Assembly (NCBI GenBank): GCA_016285135.1
Contig: JAEEQC010000002.1
Location: 515 to 64,514 of the forward strand
Source of the DNA: Lachnospiraceae bacterium
GTDB taxonomy: Bacteria > Bacillota > Clostridia > Lachnospirales > Lachnospiraceae
Length of the DNA stretch: 64,000 nucleotides
Direction of reading: 5' to 3'
Made by a program: the position numbers and the translations under genes. The notes under the pieces are model-generated. The model was not told the origin of the DNA and ran no database searches. It worked only from the letters and a program-made list of their open reading frames with translations. Shown in pieces: positions 1 through 9,938 of this stretch (its first letter is position 1; each line of letters starts with the position of its first letter).

Positions 1-2375
1 ACTTCGATACCGTAGCTCCTGTTCGCTCCTCCTCTGACTATTTTACGAAGGAAAACGATATCCTCGCCATCCTCCTTTACCGCAACGCAGTAATTGATAA
101 CGCCTTCAAGACGTCCTTCAAGCTCGTTGAGCTCATGATAATGTGTTGCGAACATCGTCTTGGCACCGATGAGGTTCTTGTCGCAGATATGCTCAAGAAC
201 TGCCCAAGCGATAGCAAGACCGTCAAACGTACTTGTTCCCCTGCCTATCTCATCAAGGATGATAAGGCTCCTTGCGGTCGCATTTCGGACTATTACGGAG
301 ACTTCGTTCATTTCCACCATAAACGTACTCTGACCCGAAGAAAGGTCATCCGAGGCGCCTACACGGGTGAATATCCTGTCAACGATTCCGATGTGCGCCT
401 TTCGTGCGGGAACAAAGAAACCGCATTGCGCCATAAGCACTATCAGAGCTGTCTGACGCATGTATGTAGATTTACCGGCCATATTGGGTCCGGTGATAAG
501 AAGTACTCTGCTTCCTTTGTCGTTGAGAAGACAGTCGTTGTCGACAAACTTTTCTCTGCCGATGAACTGCTCTACAACCGGATGACGTCCTTCGATGATA
601 TCGAGGACTGTTCCGTCGTCAACTTCGGGGCGTACATAGCCGTTGCGTTCGGCTACAAGTGCGATACTGCACATTGCATCGATCCACGCGATCGAATGTG
701 CAGTCTGAAGGATCCTCGATATATTCTGCGAGATGGTTTCCCTGATCTCATTAAAGATGTCGTATTCAAGAGAGAAAAGCCTGTCCTGCGCATGAAGGAT
801 CTTGTCCTCGAGGTCCTTAAGCTCTTCGTTTGTGTATCGCTCGGCACCGGTTAGTGTCTGCTTTCGTGACCAGCTCTCGGGAACCATGTCTTTAAAAGAG
901 TTGGTTACTTCGTAGTAGTAGCCGAAAACCTTGTTGTACTTGATGCGCAGGTTCCTTATACCTGTCTCTTCACGTTTCCTTGTTTCGAGTTCGATAAGCC
1001 AGTTCTTGCCTTCTGTTTTGGCATTCCTGAGAGAATCAACCTCACTATTGTAACCGGGCTTGATGATACCGCCCTCTTTGATGGCAAGAGGAGGCTCGTC
1101 GCTTATGGCGTTGTCTATAAGCTCAAAAAGATCGTAAAGCGTGTCGAACGACTCATATATGTTTTTAAGGATAGTGCTTTTAAAGCCCTTTATAAGCTCT
1201 TTAACGGCCGGCAATGTGTAAAGGGATGATCCGAACGCTTTGAGGTCTCGCGGAGACGCGCTGCGGTAACTGATGCGTCCTGAGAGGCGTTCAAGGTCGT
1301 AGACGGTTCCGAGATACTCTCTGATCTCTTCTCTGTCTATCATGTTGTCTCTCAGTTCTTCTACACAGTCAAGCCTTTGATTTATCTCCTCGGGGTCGAG
1401 AAGGGGCTGCTCTATAAAGCTTTTTATGAGTCTTCCGCCCATAGCGGTACGTGATCTGTCGACAACCCATAAAAGAGAACCTTTCTTCTCTTTGTCACGC
1501 ATCGTTTCAAGAAGCTCGAGGTTACGACGGGTAGAGTTGTCGATGACCATATATCTGCTTCTGCAATATGTCGAGATCCTGGTCAGGTTGGAAAGATCGT
1601 TCTTCTGAGTGTCTTTGAGGTACTTAAATAGAACGGCAGCGGCATTAATACCGGCAGGATAATCTTTCTTAATGGCTTCGATCTGTTCGGTTGTGCCAAA
1701 GTGCTCCGCGAGTCCCGCAAGATCATCCGAGCTGCAGTCGTCAAGCACCATGGGACGCAGGTTACCGTACGGATCGATCGTTTCAAGTGAAAGATCACTG
1801 ATTGTGAGTTCCCTGTTGCAAAGAATCTCGCGCGGGTTGTATCTGAGAACTTCATCACGTGTCTCGGATGCTGTTTTGCACTCCGTTACATAAAACTCTC
1901 CTGTTGATATGTCAGAAGCCGCGATGCCAAAGGCATCACACGTATATATAACGCACAGAAGAAAAGAATTGCTCTTTTCTTCGAGAGCGTCTGCCGACAT
2001 GTTGGTACCCGGCGTAACAATGCGTATTACTTCTCTTCTGACAAGTCCTTTTGCAAGAGCAGGGTCCTCTACCTGCTCACAGATAGCGACCCTGTAGTTT
2101 TTTGCGACAAGTCGTGAAAGATATGTTTCGTATGAATGGAAAGGGATCCCGCACATAGCGGCGCGCTTGTCGAGTCCGCAGTTTTTGCCTGTAAGTGCGA
2201 GCTCAAGCTCGGCTGAAACATTGACGGCATCCTCAAAGAACATCTCGTAGAAATCACCGAGTCTGTAAAAAAGGACGCAGTCATGGTATTCGTCTTTGAC
2301 GGACTTATACTGCTCCATCAATGGAGACAGCTGCATGCCTTTGACATCTTCAAGGCTGGTGTAGAGCTCTTCCAT
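1..2375 (-). CDS. mutS: DNA mismatch repair protein MutS (first ~791 codons; C-terminus runs off the left edge of the window)
   Basis: Absent from the ORF track because no stop lies inside the window. My reverse-strand translation from the ATG at 2375 gives MEELYTSLEDVKGMQLSPLMEQYKSVKDEYHDCVLFYRLGDFYEMFFEDA. In the same frame (2375-500 is divisible by 3) it gives LITGPNMAGKSTYMRQTALIVLMAQCGFFVPA, GASDDLSSGQSTFMVEM, LIILDEIGRGTSTFDG and ATHYHEL. Confidence 0.93.
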   Translation of the reverse strand, partial: MEELYTSLEDVKGMQLSPLMEQYKSVKDEYHDCVLFYRLGDFYEMFFEDAVNVSAELELALTGKNCGLDKRAAMCGIPFHSYETYLSRLVAKNYRVAICEQVEDPALAKGLVRREVIRIVTPGTNMSADALEEKSNSFLLCVIYTCDAFGIAASDISTGEFYVTECKTASETRDEVLRYNPREILCNRELTISDLSLETIDPYGNLRPMVLDDCSSDDLAGLAEHFGTTEQIEAIKKDYPAGINAAAVLFKYLKDTQKNDLSNLTRISTYCRSRYMVIDNSTRRNLELLETMRDKEKKGSLLWVVDRSRTAMGGRLIKSFIEQPLLDPEEINQRLDCVEELRDNMIDREEIREYLGTVYDLERLSGRISYRSASPRDLKAFGSSLYTLPAVKELIKGFKSTILKNIYESFDTLYDLFELIDNAISDEPPLAIKEGGIIKPGYNSEVDSLRNAKTEGKNWLIELETRKREETGIRNLRIKYNKVFGYYYEVTNSFKDMVPESWSRKQTLTGAERYTNEELKDLEDKILHAQDRLFSLEYDIFNEIRETISQNISRILQTAHSIAWIDAMCSIALVAERNGYVRPEVDDGTVLDIIEGRHPVVEQFIGREKFVDNDCLLNDKGSRVLLITGPNMAGKSTYMRQTALIVLMAQCGFFVPARKAHIGIVDRIFTRVGASDDLSSGQSTFMVEMNEVSVIVRNATARSLIILDEIGRGTSTFDGLAIAWAVLEHICDKNLIGAKTMFATHYHELNELEGRLEGVINYCVAVKEDGEDIVFLRKIVRGGANRSYGIE

Positions 2376-2379
2376 GGTC

Positions 2380-4044
2380 TTAGTATACCTTCCATTCGTT
2401 GTTATTTAGATAGTTCTGTGCCATCTCTGTAGCGCTTTCGATGATCTCGTCGGGGTAACCGAGTATCGAAAGGAGCTTTATGGCATTTCGTGACACGGCG
2501 CGGCCTTCGCGAAGCGTATAATCGAAAATCACTTCGTTCTCGCTTACCTGCTCTTCGAAATGATAGTTTTTGTAGTAGTTTTCGAGAATATATGTAAGCT
2601 CTATATCATGTGTTGCCGCAAAACAAAGTGACTTTGAAGTTGCGAGCGATAAAAGAATCCTTGACGAAGCTGCGATCCTCTCAAGGGTGTTCGTTCCCTT
2701 AAGTACTTCGTCTATGAATACGAGCACGGGGACATCCTCGTTCATTCTTTCAATGATCCTTTTAAGTGAGCGGATCTCTACGATGTAATAGCTCTGTCCG
2801 CCGATGATATCGTCCTTGAGAGCCATCGAAGACATGATGTTAAAGAATGTCGTCTCATAACTCTTTGCAAGCGCCGTATAAACGGTCTGTGAAAGGATCT
2901 GATTGATTGCAACGGTCTTAAGGAATGTCGACTTACCGGATGCATTCGATCCGGTAAGAAGCACGCTTTTGTCTGTCGTAAACGATGTGGGGATCGGATC
3001 CTCGATAAGGGGATGGAACATTCCGTCTGCCGTGATCTTCTCTTCTGACGTAAAGGTCGGCTCACAGTTCCTGCCCATAAGGTCCCTGAAAGATGCGACT
3101 GCGATCATACTGTCAAGAAGTCCGATCGTTTCGAAGATCTCATTGAACGACTTCTCTTTGTTAAGAAACGTTCTGTACATGAGATTAAACTTGATAAGAT
3201 CAAGGTGAAAGAGCATCCTCATGTAATCAAGGAAGATCTGCCCGAGATCCGAGGAGTTCATACTGCTCGACGATACAAGCCATGCTCCGTGACGCATCCC
3301 GCTGAATTCCTTGATGCAGCTTTTAAGTCGGTCCATATAAGGCCTGATCTGTTCGTTTCCTGCAGATGTGATGGCTTTGGCAGAATCTAACGATCGAACA
3401 ATAAAACCGATTATGACAAAATAGTTCTCAACCTTTGTCTTGAACCTAAAGTAAGTGATGATGTTGGCAAAAAGCATCGCGACGGTACCGATGATACCGA
3501 CAGCGGGATATATGAAGATGTAAACGATCGACAAAACAAAGAGGAAATCGAGGAAGAAGTGAATCCCTGCGCCTTCAAGCACAGCGTTTTTAAGGCTGTT
3601 CATGTACTCGAAAACAGAGATCTTCTTCATGGTACCCATGTTCCCGAAATGAGCCGCAAGGTTATTCCTCAGTTCCTTGTCTTTCGAGAAAACGACAATA
3701 AGAAAACCGCGCTCTTTGAGTTTCTCGTCGGAGATCTCCGGAGTACGCAGAAGTGAGTAAAGATACTCCTCGCCGTATGCACTGTTGCATGAATTGATAA
3801 GATTATAGACATTGTCCATATTCAGATCATTCCATGTTATGTCATCGATGCTGTAAGGAGTCTGATGCTGTTTGAAGTAAAACTGTATGGCTTCCTTTTT
3901 TTCCGCCGTGAGTGTTTTCTGCGGAATCTTGCCGTATGCGTAGTCTACTTTTGCAAGCAGTTTTTTGATGTATTTCTTCCTGTCGTATATCCCCTTTATA
4001 AACAGAACAATAACAACTGCAAGCACAATAAGTGCTATCTCCAT
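2380..4044 (-). CDS. MutS-family ABC ATPase paralogue with transmembrane segments (no mismatch-binding domain)
   Basis: N-terminal hydrophobic helix MEIALIVLAVVIVLFIKGI and central TM block FFLDFLFVLSIVYIFIYPAVGIIGTVAMLFANIITYF. C-terminal MutS-type ATPase: LLTGSNASGKSTFLKTV (Walker A), GGQSYYIVE, VLVFIDEVLKGTN (Walker B), AATHDIEL. Confidence 0.8.
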   Translation of the reverse strand: MEIALIVLAVVIVLFIKGIYDRKKYIKKLLAKVDYAYGKIPQKTLTAEKKEAIQFYFKQHQTPYSIDDITWNDLNMDNVYNLINSCNSAYGEEYLYSLLRTPEISDEKLKERGFLIVVFSKDKELRNNLAAHFGNMGTMKKISVFEYMNSLKNAVLEGAGIHFFLDFLFVLSIVYIFIYPAVGIIGTVAMLFANIITYFRFKTKVENYFVIIGFIVRSLDSAKAITSAGNEQIRPYMDRLKSCIKEFSGMRHGAWLVSSSSMNSSDLGQIFLDYMRMLFHLDLIKFNLMYRTFLNKEKSFNEIFETIGLLDSMIAVASFRDLMGRNCEPTFTSEEKITADGMFHPLIEDPIPTSFTTDKSVLLTGSNASGKSTFLKTVAINQILSQTVYTALAKSYETTFFNIMSSMALKDDIIGGQSYYIVEIRSLKRIIERMNEDVPVLVFIDEVLKGTNTLERIAASSRILLSLATSKSLCFAATHDIELTYILENYYKNYHFEEQVSENEVIFDYTLREGRAVSRNAIKLLSILGYPDEIIESATEMAQNYLNNNEWKVY

Positions 4045-4111
4045 TACACGGTCCCCCTGAAATTTGTTATCAAAAATACATTGTAATGATATTAGTTTAG
4101 GATAAAAAAGT

Positions 4112-4153
4112 CAACAAAACCCGGGGCAGATATCTTCACGAATCTGTCCCGGG
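4112..4153 (-). terminator. Rho-independent terminator downstream of the NlpC/P60 gene
   Basis: 12-bp stem cccggggcagat / atctgtcccggg (one G-U pair) at 4120-4131 and 4142-4153. It is followed on the minus strand by TTTTGTT. Confidence 0.7.
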
Positions 4154-4176
4154 TAAAACATGTTTTTCTCAAACCA

Positions 4177-5292
4177 TCAGTCGAGGAAATTCTTGATCAT
4201 TGCAACTTTCATGCAATCAATATCTGAGATGATAACTCCGCCGGAGCTGCTGCTCTCATGGATGATCTTGCCGCCGCCCAAATAAATAGCGACATGACTG
4301 ATACGACCCTTTTTAAGTCTGTAGAATACAAGATCACCGGGCTTAGCCTCAGCATATGTAACCTTGTGGCCGGCAGATGAGGCTGCCTGTGTGCTCGAGG
4401 AACGGCCTGCGATATGTTCGAGATCAAAACCGCATTTCGAAAATACAGCACAACAGAAGCCCGAACAATCGGCACCCTTTGTTAAACTCATACCGCTCCA
4501 AACGTATTTAAGACCGATATGCTTCTTGGCCTCGAGAATGATGGATGCACGAAGAGCCGTTACGTTCTTGGAATCTGTCTCACCTAAAACGTCTTCTACG
4601 CTGCACGCATATGTGAAAGTCCTTCCGACGTCCACATACTTCTTCATGACATAACATGTTTCACCGTCGTACTCAACGGCTACCCATTCGTTTTTATCGG
4701 AATCGAGAACGATCTTGTTGCCCTTGACAACATTGACCGACTGACCGCTGAAAAGCTCCTCGACAAGATTATCTTTACTGTTCTTTTCGGGGGTGCTGCG
4801 GATGTTGAGAACCGGTGCATTGACAGTAGCACGGACAGGTGCTATCTCTTCTGCTTTTGCCTTGGCGCCGATACTTGTGTAGAGGTACTCCTTGGCAACG
4901 TAACCCTTAACGTCTCCGGAACTGATCTTAACAAAACCGTACTCGGGATCCGATTCAAGGAAGCAGATACCGTTTCTGGGAAGATAACCGACTATATCGG
5001 AATCCGTAGATGCTGCGGCACGAATATTGAGAAGTGAATCTACTTTTGCAAATGCAGCATTATCGGGAATCGAGTAATCATTTGAAAGAAGTGATGAAAC
5101 AAATGTGTCTTCGTCTTCGATGATGACATCGTCGGCGTTGTTGTAGAAATTATCGATAACGAAAGAAGCTCCGCAAAGAGATGTCTCGCCGGTGATCACA
5201 TCAGCGCGCACAGAAGTAAAGCCCATGAACAATACCATGGCACCTGTTGCTATAAAAAGATATGAAATCTTCTTACAAACTGACCTGAGCAT
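4177..5292 (-). CDS. Secreted cell-wall hydrolase: SH3b-like repeats plus C-terminal NlpC/P60 (C40) peptidase
   Basis: Signal-like N-terminus ISYLFIATGAMVLFMGF. Two SH3b-like segments (LNIRAAASTDSDIVGYL, LNIRSTPEKNS). C-terminal catalytic context GADCSGFCCAVFSKCG ... GDLVFY ... ISHVAIYLGGGKIIHES. Confidence 0.85.
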   Translation of the reverse strand: MLRSVCKKISYLFIATGAMVLFMGFTSVRADVITGETSLCGASFVIDNFYNNADDVIIEDEDTFVSSLLSNDYSIPDNAAFAKVDSLLNIRAAASTDSDIVGYLPRNGICFLESDPEYGFVKISSGDVKGYVAKEYLYTSIGAKAKAEEIAPVRATVNAPVLNIRSTPEKNSKDNLVEELFSGQSVNVVKGNKIVLDSDKNEWVAVEYDGETCYVMKKYVDVGRTFTYACSVEDVLGETDSKNVTALRASIILEAKKHIGLKYVWSGMSLTKGADCSGFCCAVFSKCGFDLEHIAGRSSSTQAASSAGHKVTYAEAKPGDLVFYRLKKGRISHVAIYLGGGKIIHESSSSGGVIISDIDCMKVAMIKNFLD

Positions 5293-5351
5293 CTCTAACC
5301 TCGCATTTCAAACAACACAATTGTTACGAAAATGTTACGATAGTAAGACAG

Positions 5352-5380
5352 ATTATATACCCTTATTCTACAGTTGTCAA
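5352..5380 (-). promoter_or_regulatory. Consensus sigma-70-type promoter for the NlpC/P60 gene
   Basis: The minus strand reads TTGACA, a 17-nt spacer, then TATAAT (perfect consensus). It lies immediately after the gpsA stop and ~55 nt upstream of the ATG at 5292. Confidence 0.7.
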
Positions 5381-5386
5381 CACTTA

Positions 5387-6400
5387 TCACCATTCAACGT
5401 TGTCGTGCTCTTTTGTTCTGTCTCTCATGAGCAGATCCGAAACTGCTTTAAGCGCAGGCTTGTGATCGAAAAGGATCTGGTTTACCTGCTCGATGATGGG
5501 CATCTCAACGTCGTATTTCTCGGCAAGTTTGAGTGCTGCTTTTGCACAGAATACGCCCTCTACGACCTGCTTGACCTCTTTCATCGCATCGTCTGCGGAC
5601 ATGCCTTTTCCGATAAGGAAGCCTGCGTTCCAGTTACGGCTGTGATGCGATGTGGCTGTTACGAAAAGATCACCTATACCCGAGAGTCCGCAAAGTGTCT
5701 CGAGCTTGCAGCCCATCTTGGTACCGAGTCTGCTGATCTCGGCAATACCTCTTGTCATAAGTGCGGCTTTTGTGTTGTCACCGAAACCGAGACCGTCCGA
5801 AATACCGGCTGCCAGTGCGATAACGTTCTTGATGGAACCTCCCAGACATACACCGATCATGTCACTGCTGGTGTAGACCCTGAATCGATCGGTCATGAAA
5901 GCGTCCTGTATAAACGTTGCCGTCTCACGTGATTTTGATGCGACTACAACTGTCGTAGGGATAAGTCTTGAAACTTCTTCGGCGTGGCTGGGGCCCGAAA
6001 GTACGCTGTTGTCTCCCTGAGGGATCTCGTCGTCGATAACCTCAAGCAGAGTCTTTAAAGTGGACTCCTCGATACCCTTTGCCACATTGACTGTCTTCAT
6101 ACCTGCTTTAATATACGGACTGGCCTCTCTGGATACACGGCGAACAAAAGGCGATGCAACGGCAAACACGATAAGAGAAGGATCGTTCCTTGTGATCGCT
6201 TCCTCAAGATCGTTGGTAAGTCTGACAGATTCCGGAAGCTTTGCGCCCGGAAGATTCTTTATCTCATTTCGATTTTTGGAAAGTTCCTGAATTTCAGTGG
6301 TCTGATCAGAAGACCAGAGACATACATCTGTTCCTTTACTGGCAAGAAGGATGGACAGAGCCACTCCCCATGTACCCGCACCTAAAACTGTAACTGTCAT
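5387..6400 (-). CDS. gpsA: NAD(P)H-dependent glycerol-3-phosphate dehydrogenase
   Basis: N-terminal Rossmann motif VTVLGAGTWGVALSILLA; typical length (337 aa); conserved plsY-gpsA neighbourhood. Confidence 0.9.
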   Translation of the reverse strand: MTVTVLGAGTWGVALSILLASKGTDVCLWSSDQTTEIQELSKNRNEIKNLPGAKLPESVRLTNDLEEAITRNDPSLIVFAVASPFVRRVSREASPYIKAGMKTVNVAKGIEESTLKTLLEVIDDEIPQGDNSVLSGPSHAEEVSRLIPTTVVVASKSRETATFIQDAFMTDRFRVYTSSDMIGVCLGGSIKNVIALAAGISDGLGFGDNTKAALMTRGIAEISRLGTKMGCKLETLCGLSGIGDLFVTATSHHSRNWNAGFLIGKGMSADDAMKEVKQVVEGVFCAKAALKLAEKYDVEMPIIEQVNQILFDHKPALKAVSDLLMRDRTKEHDNVEW

Positions 6401-6473
6401 TTTTTTTACTCTCCTCTTTAACGGCGTTATTTCGTCGTTGATTTCTCGCCAAACACTTCAACGAAGCATAAGG

Positions 6474-7118
6474 CTATTGTTCGTTTTTTTCGATCCTGAC
6501 TCTCTGACCGATCTTGTTTTCTTCACCTCTAATGAGACGTTTGATATTTTTCCTGTGCATGAAGAATGCCGAGATCGTGAAAAGACATGATACGGCGATC
6601 AGCCAGGGGTAATATGCGTCTTCGCTCATCCTCACGATCACCCAGAAGGGGATAACGAAGGATATGAGGAGCGAGCCGAGTGACACGTACTTTGTTATGA
6701 GCACCACTACTCCGAACAAAACTATTCCGAAGGGGATGATGAGAAAATCTAACCCCGAGCACACGCCGGCGGTAACTGCGATACCCTTGCCGCCCTTGAA
6801 TTTGAGCCATACGGGAAAATTGTGTCCGAGTACGCATGCAAATCCGAAGATAAGGATCACGAGATTCAGATACGGCTGGTCCTTGAAGAGCACGAATCTC
6901 ATGATCATGATAGGAATGAAAACCTTAAGAAAATCGCCGAGGAAAGTGATGATGCCACCGACTCTCCCGACAGTCCTGAAAGCGTTTGTCGTTCCCGAGT
7001 TACCGCTTCCGTAGTTTCTGATATCGATATGATTAAATTTGCCAACAATATAGCCGAAGGGAATTGACCCGATGAGATATCCTGCCACAACCAAGCAGAT
7101 AGCGAGCCAAATATTCAT
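6474..7118 (-). CDS. plsY: Glycerol-3-phosphate acyltransferase PlsY
   Basis: GYLIGSIPFGYIVGK ... GSGNSGTTNAFR ... KGGKGIA, polytopic, 214 aa. Confidence 0.9.
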   Translation of the reverse strand: MNIWLAICLVVAGYLIGSIPFGYIVGKFNHIDIRNYGSGNSGTTNAFRTVGRVGGIITFLGDFLKVFIPIMIMRFVLFKDQPYLNLVILIFGFACVLGHNFPVWLKFKGGKGIAVTAGVCSGLDFLIIPFGIVLFGVVVLITKYVSLGSLLISFVIPFWVIVRMSEDAYYPWLIAVSCLFTISAFFMHRKNIKRLIRGEENKIGQRVRIEKNEQ

Positions 7119-7166
7119 GCTGTGCCTCCTCGTCGGAAACCTTTATGGCTTCCGTTTCCTTACTGA

Positions 7167-8498
7167 TTAAGTCTGATCTTTTTCGCTTCTCTCACGGATG
7201 AGCAACCTGATCGATGTACCGTTGAAACCGAAGGTCTCACGGATCTTGTTCTCGATATAACGCTGATACGAGAAATGGAAAAGCTCTTTGTCGTTTACAA
7301 AGCAAACGAATGTGGGCGGCTTGACCGAAACCTGTGTAACATAAAAGATCTTGAGTCTCTTGCCCTTGTCCGAAGGCGGCTGCTGAAGAACCGTCGCCTC
7401 GGTGATGATCTCGTTTAAGACACCCGTTTTGATACGAAGGTTCTGACTCTGGATAACCTCTTCTATCGAATCGAATATCTTGCCGATCCTCTGTCCCGTG
7501 AGTGCCGAGATGAAGATGACCTCGGCATACGGTATGAATGAAAGGGTTCTGAAGATCTCGTCGCGATACTTGTATATCGTCTTGTCATCCTTTTCTATGG
7601 CGTCCCATTTGTTCACAGCGATTATGATACCGCGCCCGCGCTCGTGCGCAATGCCGGCTATCTTGGCATCCTGCTCGCTGACACCTTCCGAGGCGTCTAT
7701 CATAAGTATGACTATATCACTCTTTTCAACTGCGGCAACGGTTCTGATGACCATGAACCGTTCGAGCTCTTCTTTGACTTTGTTCTTCCTGCGAAGACCT
7801 GCTGTATCTACGAAGATGTACTCTTTGCCGTCGTACTTAACAAGTGTGTCGATAGCATCACGAGTGGTACCCGCGATATCTGATACGATACATCTGTTCT
7901 CGCCGAGAAGTTTATTTATAAGTGATGACTTGCCGACATTCGGCTTACCGACTATCGCTATACGGGGCTTCTCTTCCGCTTCCGCGTCTTCACCTGCATT
8001 GGGGAAATGCTCGATCACAGCGTCGAGCAGTTCTCCGAACCCGGTCTTGCCCGTCGATGATATCGGATAAGGCTCTCCCAGACCCAGATTATAAAATTCG
8101 TAGACATCAGCTTCGAGTTTCCTGAAATCATCAACTTTGTTCACACAGAGGATAAGCGGCTTTCCGCTTCGTCTGAGTATGTCTGCAACCTGACCGTCAC
8201 GGTCTGTGAGACCGTCTTTGATATCAACCATGAATATGATGACATCGGCAGTATCGATCGCTATCTGCGCCTGCTCGCGCATTGACCTGAGGATGATATC
8301 GCTGCTCTCGGGCTCTATTCCGCCCGTATCTATGATCGTGAAAGCTCTCCCGAGCCATTCGGCATCACCGTAGATACGATCGCGCGTAACGCCGGGATAA
8401 TCCTTGACTATCGAGATCTGCTCTCCGCACAAAGCATTAAAAAAACTTGACTTACCTACATTAGGCCTGCCGACTATCGCCACTATCGGCTTGCTCAT
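7167..8498 (-). CDS. der: Ribosome-biogenesis GTPase Der (EngA), tandem GTPase domains
   Basis: Two G-domains: IVGRPNVGKSSFFN ... DTGG ... NKVD, and IVGKPNVGKSSLIN ... DTAG ... NKWD, plus a KH-like C-terminus. Start chosen at MSKPIVAIVG (ATG 8498, GAGGTG upstream); the track ORF extends to 8534. Confidence 0.92.
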   Translation of the reverse strand: MSKPIVAIVGRPNVGKSSFFNALCGEQISIVKDYPGVTRDRIYGDAEWLGRAFTIIDTGGIEPESSDIILRSMREQAQIAIDTADVIIFMVDIKDGLTDRDGQVADILRRSGKPLILCVNKVDDFRKLEADVYEFYNLGLGEPYPISSTGKTGFGELLDAVIEHFPNAGEDAEAEEKPRIAIVGKPNVGKSSLINKLLGENRCIVSDIAGTTRDAIDTLVKYDGKEYIFVDTAGLRRKNKVKEELERFMVIRTVAAVEKSDIVILMIDASEGVSEQDAKIAGIAHERGRGIIIAVNKWDAIEKDDKTIYKYRDEIFRTLSFIPYAEVIFISALTGQRIGKIFDSIEEVIQSQNLRIKTGVLNEIITEATVLQQPPSDKGKRLKIFYVTQVSVKPPTFVCFVNDKELFHFSYQRYIENKIRETFGFNGTSIRLLIRERSEKDQT

Positions 8499-9885
8499 AA
8501 GGCACCTCTCTCTCATGTACCGGTACATAATCATTGCACAGTACGTTTATTAACGAAACTCCGTTAGATTTTACTATACGTATATTTTTTTGTAAAGCGG
8601 TTTCAATGTCGCTCACTTTAAGGTCATCGAGAAAAACGTCCTCGCCTGCTCTGAGCATGCATGTCGGGATAACAAGGAAATCTCCGTTCTCTCTTTCTTT
8701 TAGCTGCGCGATGATATCCTTGGCCGTAACAAGGCCGGCTACAGTTATCTTCTCACCGAAGAAATCGTTTCTGATACCGATCACTTCCGTCTCGCAGTAT
8801 GGGTATTTCTCACTGATACGACTGACAAGACTTCTCAGAATATTCTCAATCGCACGCCCGGTTATGAAAGTAAATTTTGCATGCATAAGCCTTTCGCCGG
8901 ACGAAGGATCGGCTGTAAAGCTGTTAAATGCCTCTTCAAAATCGTCAAGCAGCGAACGTGTCATACCGACACCGTTTTCTATCTGCGGAAAACCCTCGTA
9001 TTCGCTTGCGGGAGGTATCGGGGTACCCGAGTTAAGGTAGAACTCGTCGGACGCGTATATAAGCCTTGTACCGTACTTCTCAAGGTAATACTGCCTGTAC
9101 GGTTCGATCTGCCTGATCACGGCGCCGCACTCCTCACCCGTAAAAGTTTCGAGCGGAGCAAGTCCTTCCCTGAACCTGGTCACTCCGACAGGTACTATCG
9201 AAAGACTTTTAAGTCCCGGCATATACTGCTCGAGGTTTTTGAGTGTATAATCGAGTTCCGCTCCGTCGTTGTAGCCTTTACAGAGTACGATCTGTCCGTT
9301 TATCTCGATCCCGGCATCAACAAAAGTCTTGATATGACGCAGAGCTTCGCCCGCACGCTTATTCTGCAACATTTTAACGCGCAGGTCTTTGTTTAAGGTC
9401 TGGATTGAAATGTTTATGGGCGAAAGCTTGTAAAAACAGATCCTTTCGACATCCTTGTCGGACATGTTCGTGAGTGTAATGTAGTTGCCCTGCAGGAATG
9501 AAAGCCTTGCATCGTCATCTTTGAAATAAAGAGTCTTTCTCATCCCCGGAGGCATCTGGTCTATGAAGCAGAAAACGCACTTATTTGAGCAATGATGGTA
9601 CTCAGACATAAGACCGCCCTCAAACACAAGACCGAGCTCTTCACCGAACTCTTTCTCGATATCGTAGTCCCATTCCTCGTCGTTTTCATCTATTATAGTC
9701 AGGACAATGTCCTCGTCCTGCGAGAGATATCTGTAATCAAATACATCCTCGATCACTTTGTCATTGATCGCGAGAAGTCTTGAACCGGGTACTATCCCGA
9801 GTTCCTCGGCGATCGATCCCGGCTCTATCGATGTGATAAGATGACCTTCTTTTTTCATATGTACCTCAAAAATATCATAAATCAA
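8461..9885 (-). CDS. PDZ domain + DUF512-type radical-SAM-like protein
   Basis: N-terminal PDZ-like GSIAEELGIVPGSRLLAINDK, a Cys cluster HHCSNKCVFCFIDQMP, and the usual Clostridia position upstream of der. Overlaps the der start by 38 nt. Confidence 0.75.
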   Translation of the reverse strand: MIYDIFEVHMKKEGHLITSIEPGSIAEELGIVPGSRLLAINDKVIEDVFDYRYLSQDEDIVLTIIDENDEEWDYDIEKEFGEELGLVFEGGLMSEYHHCSNKCVFCFIDQMPPGMRKTLYFKDDDARLSFLQGNYITLTNMSDKDVERICFYKLSPINISIQTLNKDLRVKMLQNKRAGEALRHIKTFVDAGIEINGQIVLCKGYNDGAELDYTLKNLEQYMPGLKSLSIVPVGVTRFREGLAPLETFTGEECGAVIRQIEPYRQYYLEKYGTRLIYASDEFYLNSGTPIPPASEYEGFPQIENGVGMTRSLLDDFEEAFNSFTADPSSGERLMHAKFTFITGRAIENILRSLVSRISEKYPYCETEVIGIRNDFFGEKITVAGLVTAKDIIAQLKERENGDFLVIPTCMLRAGEDVFLDDLKVSDIETALQKNIRIVKSNGVSLINVLCNDYVPVHEREVPYEQADSGDSRQA

Positions 9886-9938
9886 TTGATCGACTCTTTT
9901 TTTCGCCCTATGTGATCAAATCCATGAATTTCGATCTG

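Noticed and set aside
135-854. 239-aa plus-strand ORF in the track
   Set aside because: It lies antisense to the MutS ATPase domain. The minus strand translates into unmistakable MutS motifs (GPNMAGKST, DEIGRGTSTFDG). The plus-strand product has no RBS and an odd Cys/His/Arg-rich composition, so it is a shadow ORF.
5192-5932. 246-aa plus-strand ORF
   Set aside because: It is antisense to gpsA and to the 5' end of the NlpC/P60 gene and crosses an intergenic promoter. No RBS and no recognisable motifs.
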